A stretch of DNA of 47,250 nt, taken from contig BQXS01013841.1 in NCBI GenBank assembly GCA_024181965.1, forward strand, positions 1-47,250. Direction: 5' to 3'. Position numbers and translations under genes: made by a program. A model generated the notes under the pieces. The model had not been told where the DNA came from, did no database searches, and saw only the letters and a list, made by a program, of their open reading frames with translations. Below, one piece after another: positions 24,929 to 34,036 of this stretch (positions are counted from its first letter, which is position 1; the number at the start of each line of letters is the position of its first letter). The stretch comes from Aduncisulcus paluster. Lineage: Eukaryota.

Positions 24929-25687
24929 CTATAACATTCTTTGAGCTTCTGAACTTTGATCATATTTTTTAGATTCCTTTCTAAAAGTATTATTCCAAAT
25001 TACCATTGAGAAAGAAGGATTTAAAAGCTTTGGATGGTCTCGAGGAATGGGAATAGAATCTTTATATCCTTTCTTAATAAACTCTGGTTTCATAGCTATA
25101 GTTTCAGACCATAATTTCTCCTTAGCTTTGCAAGCGATGATTTCTTCAGAGGTTTGTTTTCGAATGAAAGCAAGGGAACGAATGCAAAACCCCTGAAAAA
25201 ACATTCAGCCAAAATGCTTCTGCACTCTTCCTTTCCCTGCTATTTCACACAAAACAACATCAGAGAGATCAATAGGAAGGAAATACCAACAATTATCATA
25301 AAACTCAGGAAATTCGAATTTCTTGGATCTTTTCCTACCTTTTGAATTTATCAAAGTGAAGATAAGATGTGATGGAGGAGAAGAATATGCACTTAGAAAA
25401 AGATAAGCACCTTTCATAGAGGAAGAGGAAGAGAAAGGAATAGAGATATGGGTGAAGTCTCGATAGATATCCTCCTCTCCTTTCATCATCTTTTGTGCAT
25501 TAGAACTTTGATCATAGTCTTCGTTAACTTCTTTTTTGGTTTCATTCCTTGCTTTAATGGCAGGAAACTCAACACTCCTGATATTGGGGGCATCTAGAGG
25601 AATTGGCCAGGTGTCACTGGCACAATCCAGACTTACTTTATAAATAAACTCAGGTTTCACGAGATGAACCCTTCCAGATGAACTCAT
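24929..25687 (-). pseudogene. Disrupted copy (C) of the uncharacterised two-domain 'HISIPF..MKGAY..WYFLP.DL..VVLCEI.GKG' family
   Basis: ORFs 25205-25687 and 24929-25204 are adjacent in one frame, separated by one TGA. The frame then stops (TAG) and homology ends early in domain 2, after DQSSEAQRML. Confidence 0.8.
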
Positions 25688-26317
25688 TGGCTCCCTACGA
25701 TTTTTGTTTGATTGTCGGATAGAAACTACAAGAATATGACCAAGATTTGGTGGAATAAATGGTACAAATATAATAAATGTAACGAATAAAATAAATATAA
25801 ATATTCATCCAACACCAGTAAGCTTCAACAGACACAAACAAATCATGGAACAATAGAATAGGATAATAATACATACAACGAAAAGATTATTGAAACTATA
25901 TCGAATATAATGTGCAGAAAATGGTGTAGAATGCCAGGTCTGTGATCGAATAACACCTAACAGCAACCAAAAATGAACGAAATCATCAAAAATCGACTGT
26001 GACACTTCAAGGATTGTATGTCGTTTATCTTCATGCATTAAAACCATTTATAGCTGGTTTTAAACCCATATATTATAAAGACGTGTATTTCAATGCAGAT
26101 CAAAAATCGACAAATTCAAAAAACTTCGACCTGGCTTGTTAGAAATCAAGAAATTTATTCATGGGACGGAATGCAATCTTAAAAAACTATACATAGTCTT
26201 CTTCAAGAGTTCCTCCAAGCTTGAGAAGAAAGAAAAGCAACCTGCTTAAACTTGCTGTTTCTGATGAATGGAACAAAAGTTCCATATCTTTTGACACACA
26301 ATATCATTATCCTTGGA

Positions 26318-27433
26318 TTATTCCCATGGAAGGAGAGAAATTTGTTCAATTATTTCACTTTCTTCTGGCATAGTAAATACAAGGGAGTAGATATAGAAAT
26401 GTCGACAATTCTTTTTATCCCACGTTCCTTTCCCTTCAATCTCACATAACACAACATTATCCAAATCAATAGGAAGGAAGTGCCATTCACGCCAATGTTT
26501 AGATCTTGTAAATTCATACTTCTTGACTGTCTTCTTGCCATCACAATCAGTGAAAGTGAAGAGAAGAGAGGGTGAACTATAACACTTATTCACACAGATA
26601 TAAGCACCTTTCATTGGACTAGGTGATGGAAAAGGGATGGAAAGATGGGATAAGTATACACCACATTCTCCTTTTAACATTCTTTCTGTACTTGAAGTCT
26701 TATCATACCACTTAGATTCCTTACTATATGAATCTCTCTTGCACTTAACCATTGAGAATGAAGGAGCTACAAGCTTTGGATCATCACGTGGAATGGGAAT
26801 AGAATCTCTATCTTTACAAAACCAATCGATATCTCCTCCCTTAACAAACTCTGGTTTCACAACTGGAGCTTCAGACCATAGTTCCTCTCTGGCTTTACGA
26901 GCTTTGATTTCTTCATGAGTTTCTTCTCTACAAATGAAAACAAGGGAGTCTATATCAAAATACTTTTTCTGCCTTCCTTTCCCTGTAATCTCACACAAAA
27001 CAACATCAGGGAGATCGACAGGAAGAAAATACCAATGCCAAGCTTCAAATTCAGGAAATTTATATTTCTTGGATCTTTTCTCACCCTTTGAAGATGTGAG
27101 AGTGAAGATAAGATGTGATGGAGGTGAGATATGATACTGATGTATCAAACCATTTAGACATATAAAAGCTCCTTTCATTTGAGAAGATGAGGAGAAAGGA
27201 ATGGAGATATGGGTAAAGTGACCATTATTAATTTCTCCTTTCATCATATCTTGTGCTTTTACACTTTGATCATACTCTTCGTCATCTTCTTCCTTGGTTT
27301 CATTGATTCCCGTGATAGTTGGAAATTCTGGATTCTTAACATTGGGTGAATCTATAGGAATTGGACAGCATTCGTAATCTCCTTCATGAATAAACTCTGG
27401 TTTTACAATTTGTATATCGGTCAAAGAACTCAT
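26318..27433 (-). CDS. Copy A of the uncharacterised two-domain family (~371 aa from the homologous Met, MSSLTDIQIVKPEF)
   Basis: Two tandem ~180-aa units, each with KPEF..PIP.D.P..YD.S..A..M.KGE..H.SIPF....MKGA.IC..FT.T...G.K..KKY.F...W.FLP.DL..VVLCEI.GKG..SLVF. The frame is also open upstream to 27685. Confidence 0.85.
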   Translation of the reverse strand: MSSLTDIQIVKPEFIHEGDYECCPIPIDSPNVKNPEFPTITGINETKEEDDEEYDQSVKAQDMMKGEINNGHFTHISIPFSSSSQMKGAFICLNGLIHQYHISPPSHLIFTLTSSKGEKRSKKYKFPEFEAWHWYFLPVDLPDVVLCEITGKGRQKKYFDIDSLVFICREETHEEIKARKAREELWSEAPVVKPEFVKGGDIDWFCKDRDSIPIPRDDPKLVAPSFSMVKCKRDSYSKESKWYDKTSSTERMLKGECGVYLSHLSIPFPSPSPMKGAYICVNKCYSSPSLLFTFTDCDGKKTVKKYEFTRSKHWREWHFLPIDLDNVVLCEIEGKGTWDKKNCRHFYIYSLVFTMPEESEIIEQISLLPWE

Positions 27434-28081
27434 TGACAATGGAAAAGAATCGGAATATAATTGCCTGACATCGCATAAAATATGTCTTAATGCCCATTTA
27501 ATGAAATATATGACATACAGTAAATCTTGAATTGCTTGCAACGAAGGAAAAGCAGAAGACGAAAACACAAAGTCGCGAATGACAACCTCAGGAAGCAATA
27601 TCATACAATACATAAATAAATTTATATGGTCATTTTTCTTTCTATCATATATTGCATGCCATCCTTGTGAGTCCACTCCTGACACGAAATCGTTTCATAA
27701 CTTCGACATTTGTTTACATAGTGGATTATAAGGTGACAAAATATGTTGATGAGTTGCAGTTGAAATCCATGAATATCCTGACAATGCTTTATTTTTTTCC
27801 AAGCGGAGTTTGGAAGACAGTTGAACCCCTTGGTGTAGGTGACGTAACTTACTGAAGAAGAAGGCTTACAACCTCAGAAAAGGGTGTGAAAAGAGAACTC
27901 AAAATCGTTTCATCAGTCCCGAGCATTCCCTTTTTTTTCTAATTATTATACATGAAGATAGAAGACAATCGTTTGAAGACTCTTCACTATCGGATAGAAA
28001 AGTCAAATCCATGAGGACTTCCTATAACAGAGCCATAAGTTCTTTTGGGAACAAAACCCATGATATTTGCAGGATCAATGA
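26318..28081 (-). repeat. Left arm of a ~1.8-kb inverted duplication (partner 33343-35134)
   Basis: The reverse complement of 27455-28081 matches 33343-33972 almost exactly, and the coding parts are clearly paralogous up to the stop codon. Confidence 0.95.
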
Positions 28082-28360
28082 CAATATATATTTTAAAAAT
28101 ATTTTACAGCCTAGTACTTCCAACTAGTAGTTCTGAGAAGAAATGATAGAGATTTCAACTACTAGTACAGTATACTGTACTATACTATTGCTTGTTGAAC
28201 AAGCTATGTAGATGCATTGATTTGAAAAATGTCATCAATACACGTCAACAAAAGTTACAATAAGTTTCAAATAGAAAGAAAATTGCTCTATTAGAATTTA
28301 AGTTTTACTAAATTTGGTGAATAAGTTGCTGCATAATATAACAACGCATCAACAGTATTA

Positions 28361-31300
28361 TTAGAGAATCTTCACTCTAACTTCAGGAACTTCATCAACA
28401 TCATCACCATCAGCGTCTTCAGCAGATACAATCACTCCAACATACATCTTAGCCTCGGGAAGCTTCTTCTTGCCTACCTTTTCAACAATCTCGATGAAGC
28501 CACTTTCCATCCTTTCTTTTGTCTTCGCGGGAGAATCCCAAAAGGCCCAAAGGAGTGAATTCCCAACACTTATCATGCTGATTGAAAGCTCAGTCACAGA
28601 TTCGATGGAATTCTTGACAGATTGGAGGGTGGTCTCAGGTTTGTTACTGATATCAATGTCAATGTGATCCCAGCGAGAGAAACGTCTTGTCTCCTTTGTT
28701 TCTTTGTCTTTAGCACACATAGGCCATGAAGGAGCAGGCATTGGCTCAGTAATGGCCACAAGAGGCAGAGCAAGGTTAATAAAAGCATTTCTATACAACT
28801 CAATGTAATCCTTCACATCACACACTTTCCTCATGACTATCTTATACAGTTCCACAGTGGCCAGACCAGTGACCAGGGCTGTAGTGGTGATCATGGCTGG
28901 GATAATCTTTCCAGCAATCATCTTGGTCTTGCTCCGGTCTGCAACAGGGATTTCATAGTTCCACGCACGAAGGTTTGAACAGGCTGTAATGAAATCAATG
29001 TGATGGTTCGTGTCATCGTCTTTCTCAAATTCAGCAGGAACGAGCAGGGAGGCAGAGAAACCATCAGGAATCTCGAGGAGAGAAATATCACGAATGGAAT
29101 CATCAAGAGTACCACCAACAGAAGGAGATGTGATCTCTTCCTCTTTCTCTTTCTCCATAATACCAACTGCAGACTCAGCGAGCTTGTCAACATCGAGTTT
29201 GTGTTGCTCTGAAGAGTGAGCAGCACACACAGAGATAATCTTCTCGGGATCAGCACACTCCTTGAGACCAATTCCAACCAGGAAAAGGTTGGCAGCGTTC
29301 ACAACAAAATCGCAGTGCAGGGAATCGTCTGGATTAAAGACACAGACACGAGGAGGTCTCTTGGATCCAGACCAGAACCTCTCCCCGGTCTCCTTGTTGA
29401 TGGCATCAAGAGGGAAGGCTTGGAGGAGACCTTGAATCTTGACGTTATAGAGATCGTCAAATAACTCACGTGCAAAAATACACGCGTTGATGAACTGATC
29501 ACACTTACCCTCAGTCAAATGACAAATATAACGAAGAACGTTGAGAGCTTTTCCAATCGTTTCGGCACCCTGGGGCTCCTTTCTGGCTTCAGCAATAAAC
29601 TTCTCTTTATCCTCAAGATACTTAACGGCACTCTCGAATTCTTGCGTAAAGATTCCAGCGAACTTATCCTTGGCCCATGCAATTGTGTGATTGATTGAAT
29701 TGGGGAAATTATGAAGAGTACAAGCAGGAATTCCCTCTTCAGGTGGATCCTGGGAGTCACTATAAGACTCAGTTATGTGAGGGACAATGATTTGGACATT
29801 TCCCTTGGTTCCGAGAGTGCCTCCTTCAAGAAGGGGTTTTCCGAAGAACACACACTTGGAGTCGATATAACGACGGGCATGAACATTATCAAGAGCGTTG
29901 GCTAAGAAGTCGAGGCCAGAGTAGAATTTGCTCGTGAGAATGTGCTCAGTATCTTCTCCAACTTTGACAGTGATAGGCTTAGCTTTGAGGTCAGGATTCA
30001 TGGCCATGGCAGCATCGGCAGCAACGATACTCTTGGGCTTTCCAACATCCCTGTTCCTGAACAAGAACTGACGCGAGAGATTGCTGGTCTCAATGGTATC
30101 CATATCAGTCACATGGGCCATTCCTTCCTTTCCACATCCACAGCCCATCAGAGCAAAGTTCTTAAGGTACTCACATCCAAGTGCACCGGCACCAACGAGG
30201 AAATATTTGGACTGGAGCATCTCTTGTTGGATAGTCTCACCAAACACAACACGTTGACCATCGTAACGATCTTCTTTGGGTTCAAATTCATCAGTTTTGC
30301 TCATCTTCTCGATATATTCAGTTGGAGGCAGACACTCAAAACAATCATAACACAGGAATTGCTTGATTGGCATGAACTTTCCAGAAACTCCCTTGAGAAC
30401 CTCCTGGGCAACGATACCACCAATCGTGGCACAGACAGGGCAGAGATTTCCACCGCAAGTCATAGAAAAGAGGCGGATAAGCTTAATATCCTCTTCAGAG
30501 AGAGGGTCAGGAAGTCCACTCACTTTGGTGTGGCAAGTAGTCTTGAAAATCTCAAGGAACTCGTCAACATGACCGCTATGATAAGGAGCAGGGTAACGAC
30601 CTTCGTGTTTATCAGCAAATTCTTCAAGAGTGGCAAAGAGACCAGAAATCAAGGGACCACGCATCATTTTTCCAAAATCGGAGGCGACATAGCTGGCACA
30701 AGCTTCGGGAGATGTGATGGCAGCAGAGTACTCTAAGAAATCAACGGACTGGGGCTGTTTCACCTGATCGATGAATCCACCACGAACATACTCCAAGGTG
30801 GCATCTGGTGAAAGGGAATCAAGATCCTCCTTGTCCAAAAGAATTTCAATTGCAATGGGAGACACAACACGGATCTTCCTTTCCTTATCCTTCTTGTTCA
30901 AAACATCAATATACTCTCCCTCACCATGAACATCACAGATCTTGACCACATGGCCAGTCTCGAATTCGTGACGCTTCTCGAAGAGGACATAAACACCTTG
31001 ACGTCCATCTTTATCAACATCAAGGGAAATGGTGATTGCATTGAGAGAGATTGGAGGCTCTCCATTGGTATCAGTGACAACAAAATTCTCACCAAAGTCG
31101 ACAAATATTCTAGCACATGGACCGGCAGTACTTGTGAGAATATATTTACGCTTTAATTCATGACACTTCTTGGCAAGAGCGGATGTGGAGATGTCAACAC
31201 GAGTATCAACAACGAGAGAATGATTTAAGAGAAGAGACTCGGTGATAGAAGTTTCTTTCGCAAGATGAACTTTAACATGACTGTTTAATTCAGCCAATTT

Positions 31301-31564
31301 ATCCACAACTTGAGCAGCTCTTGGTTTTCCAACATCTTTGGGGCCGACATAGAAATTAGAAGAGAGATCAAACCACGTCACAGGATTATTATCAAAGAGA
31401 GTAACAGATTTAACACCAGAAAGAATGATATTCTTTGCAATTTCAACACCCAAACCATCAAGACCAATAAGAAGGATGTTAGAAGCAGCCATTTTCTTCA
31501 TAGCCTCTTCTCCAAGAACATATAACTGTCTAGAATAAAGAGCTTCGTCAATTTTTTCGCCCAT
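28361..31564 (-). CDS. UBA1: Ubiquitin-activating enzyme E1
   Basis: IDEALYSRQLYVLG, VGAGALGCEYLK, TDMDTIETSNLSRQFLFR, catalytic PACTLHNFP, FEKDDDTNHHIDFI and IAGKIIPAMITTTA. Probable ATG at 31564; the alternative is 31591. Confidence 0.97.
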   Translation of the reverse strand: MGEKIDEALYSRQLYVLGEEAMKKMAASNILLIGLDGLGVEIAKNIILSGVKSVTLFDNNPVTWFDLSSNFYVGPKDVGKPRAAQVVDKLAELNSHVKVHLAKETSITESLLLNHSLVVDTRVDISTSALAKKCHELKRKYILTSTAGPCARIFVDFGENFVVTDTNGEPPISLNAITISLDVDKDGRQGVYVLFEKRHEFETGHVVKICDVHGEGEYIDVLNKKDKERKIRVVSPIAIEILLDKEDLDSLSPDATLEYVRGGFIDQVKQPQSVDFLEYSAAITSPEACASYVASDFGKMMRGPLISGLFATLEEFADKHEGRYPAPYHSGHVDEFLEIFKTTCHTKVSGLPDPLSEEDIKLIRLFSMTCGGNLCPVCATIGGIVAQEVLKGVSGKFMPIKQFLCYDCFECLPPTEYIEKMSKTDEFEPKEDRYDGQRVVFGETIQQEMLQSKYFLVGAGALGCEYLKNFALMGCGCGKEGMAHVTDMDTIETSNLSRQFLFRNRDVGKPKSIVAADAAMAMNPDLKAKPITVKVGEDTEHILTSKFYSGLDFLANALDNVHARRYIDSKCVFFGKPLLEGGTLGTKGNVQIIVPHITESYSDSQDPPEEGIPACTLHNFPNSINHTIAWAKDKFAGIFTQEFESAVKYLEDKEKFIAEARKEPQGAETIGKALNVLRYICHLTEGKCDQFINACIFARELFDDLYNVKIQGLLQAFPLDAINKETGERFWSGSKRPPRVCVFNPDDSLHCDFVVNAANLFLVGIGLKECADPEKIISVCAAHSSEQHKLDVDKLAESAVGIMEKEKEEEITSPSVGGTLDDSIRDISLLEIPDGFSASLLVPAEFEKDDDTNHHIDFITACSNLRAWNYEIPVADRSKTKMIAGKIIPAMITTTALVTGLATVELYKIVMRKVCDVKDYIELYRNAFINLALPLVAITEPMPAPSWPMCAKDKETKETRRFSRWDHIDIDISNKPETTLQSVKNSIESVTELSISMISVGNSLLWAFWDSPAKTKERMESGFIEIVEKVGKKKLPEAKMYVGVIVSAEDADGDDVDEVPEVRVKIL

Positions 31565-32052
31565 GATTGTTTTTTTGTGACAAAAATGCATCGATTTTTT
31601 TCTTCATCGAATGAACAACTTGGAGTAACCTCACAAATAGGTGCTTGATTGCTCTAATTTTTAGCTTTATTTTATCGTATTCTTGTTTATTTTTTAAAAG
31701 CTTCCTATTATTCTTCAATATTCCTCGATCATTTGTGTCTGGAAGCTTTGACTGCTCTATTTTCTATTCCATACTTTTTGAACCCATTTATCATAATATC
31801 TGCATTATACAAGGATAATTAACACATATTCAAATAAATGAAAGATATTTCAAATCAATAACAGCCGATAATTATTGCAGCTCATATCTCTTGTATTTCA
31901 TCTTTATACAGAATATAATACAAAAAATTAAGAGTTTTTCTCAATCAAAAGGCTTTTTTCTTTTATTGTTTTCAATTTTATAATATCATAGTTCGACACC
32001 CACAAAACCCCTTTCTTTTTGCGACTGGTTCAACAATATTGAGTTGGATAAA

Positions 32053-33195
32053 ATGGAAAAAATATGTAATGTGTGGAGCTCAAATTTTCACACAAAATTT
32101 GATGAACTGGTAGGTTTAGTTAGATCGGGATATAATTGTATTGCTATGGATACCGAATTCCCTGGATGCATTGTCGAGGGGGGATTTACTCCTGAAACAA
32201 GATATGGTGTATTTAAACAAAACGTTGACCAATTATCTTTAATTCAAATTGGTTTAACACTTTCAGATGAAAAGGCGAATTTTCCACATCCTTGCACATT
32301 TCAATTCAATTTTAAGTTTGATATTTCCAAAGAATTGCATTCTAAAGCTTCAATAGATTTATTAAAGGAAAGTGGAATCGATTTTACCCGTTTAAAAACT
32401 GATGGAATCGATCCTCTTCTATTTGCTTCAAAAATGGCCATTTCGGGTCTCGCATATTCAAAGGATGTTGCTTGGGTTGCTTTTCATTCTAGTTATGATT
32501 TTGGATATCTTGTAAAACTTCTAACAAATCATTCATTGCCGGTTTTGGAGTCAGATTTTAATCGATTATTATCAATATGCTTTCCTAACATTTATGATGT
32601 CAAATTTATTCAAAGACGCCGAACTGGGAATCAATGGCATGGTGGATTAGAACGTTTGGCGAAAGAATTTCGAATTGGCAGATTTGGAACTGCTCATCAG
32701 GCTGGTTCTGATTCTCTCTTAACATTGGAATGTTTCTGGTATCTATATCGTTTTCAAGCCCCTGGACCGAAGATTGACGGAGTAGATCGTTCCACAACCC
32801 CATCCACAATTCTCCCACCAGAAAAAAAGGTTTCTTCTCTCCAAATCACTCCCGCCGCCACCTCTACCAAACTTGTTGGTGGGTCTCATGCTTCGAGTAG
32901 AGCTTCATCAACAACAAAAATTACTGCACCAAATCCGAATGGTTCAAGTCAAGCTGTTGATGTCAAAGGAAAGAAACAAATTGTTAGTATTCAAGATAAA
33001 AGGGGAAAAATTGTCGCAACGTCTGAATCATTGAGTTCATCGCCAGGAATGCCTATCGATGAAGTCTCAAAATATTTTGCTAGGCCCTCAATATGGGATC
33101 AAACATCCGGAAAATGGGGTTTGGAGGCAGATTCTTTCGAACGAGAATATTGTTCAGTTGTCTATGGATTAAGTGTTGCTAACGATTACTCATGA
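32053..33195 (+). CDS. CAF1: CCR4-NOT deadenylase subunit CAF1/POP2 (DEDD family)
   Basis: AMDTEFPG, LIQIGLTLSD, FQFNFKFD, FHSSYDFGYLVK, IYDVK and HQAGSDSLLT. First ATG is at 32053. Confidence 0.95.
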   Translation: MEKICNVWSSNFHTKFDELVGLVRSGYNCIAMDTEFPGCIVEGGFTPETRYGVFKQNVDQLSLIQIGLTLSDEKANFPHPCTFQFNFKFDISKELHSKASIDLLKESGIDFTRLKTDGIDPLLFASKMAISGLAYSKDVAWVAFHSSYDFGYLVKLLTNHSLPVLESDFNRLLSICFPNIYDVKFIQRRRTGNQWHGGLERLAKEFRIGRFGTAHQAGSDSLLTLECFWYLYRFQAPGPKIDGVDRSTTPSTILPPEKKVSSLQITPAATSTKLVGGSHASSRASSTTKITAPNPNGSSQAVDVKGKKQIVSIQDKRGKIVATSESLSSSPGMPIDEVSKYFARPSIWDQTSGKWGLEADSFEREYCSVVYGLSVANDYS

Positions 33196-33906
33196 GTTTC
33201 TTCTTTATTGTAGATCAACCAAATACAAATAAAATCATTTTTGTTTGAAACATCGATTCATGCATTGTCGGACAACAGGACGGGTAGCATTTTTTATTAG
33301 TGACTAATAATTAGTCATTCGGACTAACATCATGTTTCCCTATCATTGATCCTGCAAATATCATGGGTTTTGTTCCCAAAAGAACTTATGGCTCTGTTAT
33401 AGGAAGTCCTCATGGATTTGACTTTTCTATCCGATAGTGAAGAGTCTTCAAACGATTGTCTTCTATCTTCATGTATAATAATTAGAAAAAAAAAGGGAAT
33501 GCTCGGGACTGATGAAACGATTTTGAGTTCTCTTTTCACACCCTTTTCTGAGGTTGTAAGCCTTCTTCTTCAGTAAGTTACGTCACCTACACCAAGGGGT
33601 TCAACTGTCTTCCAAACTCCGCTTGGAAAAAAATAAAGCATTGTCAGGATATTCATGGATTTCAACTGCAACTCATCAACATATTTTGTCACCTTATAAT
33701 CCACTATGTAAACAAATGTCGAAGTTATGAAACGATTTCGTGCCAGAAGTGGACTCATAAGGATGGCATGCAATATATGATAGAAAGAAAAATGACCATA
33801 TAAATTTATTTATATATTGTATGATATTGCTTCCTGAGGTTGTCATTCGCGACTTTGTGTTTTCGTCTTCTGCTTTTCCTTCGTTGCAAGCAATTCAAGA
33901 TTTACT

Positions 33907-34013
33907 GTATGTCATATATTTCATTAAATGCGCATTAAGACATATTTTATGCAATGTCATGCAATTATATTCACTTTATTGTTATTAAATTTTTGTTTTA
34001 AATTTTTTCTTAG
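33907..34013 (+). other. Candidate 5'-UTR intron of family copy B (107 nt)
   Basis: GTATGTC donor, T-rich tract and TTCTTAG acceptor 23 nt before the ATG. Same donor and size class as the other introns here. Confidence 0.55.
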
Positions 34014-34036
34014 ATCCCGATTCTTTTCCATTGGCA

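Noticed and set aside
25205-25207. In-frame TGA in family copy C as selenocysteine, readthrough or an alternative genetic code
   Set aside because: The copy is also truncated in domain 2, the position is not a conserved Cys, and TGA, TAA and TAG all terminate bona fide genes in this window (CAF1, UBA1, LRR). A nonsense mutation is simpler.
25805-26047. 80-aa ORF upstream of pseudogene C as a coding first exon
   Set aside because: Splicing from its GTATGT (25876) to either nearby AG does not give an ATG-initiated frame continuous with the family ORF.
27652-28081. Small duplicated ORFs (27652-27855; 33570-33773 and 33330-33539) as a conserved gene
   Set aside because: They start at non-ATG codons, show no recognisable motif, and a 1-nt indel between the copies shifts the downstream frame. 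Their identity simply reflects the DNA duplication.
28111-28200. Helitron 3' end (hairpin plus CTRR)
   Set aside because: CTAG motifs are present, but not at the expected short distance downstream of the palindrome on either strand, and the palindrome lies outside the duplicated block.
29942-30736. 264-aa antisense ORF within UBA1, and the many other short nested or antisense ORFs
   Set aside because: They are shadows of codon bias and low-complexity tracts in the real genes, with no independent protein motifs.
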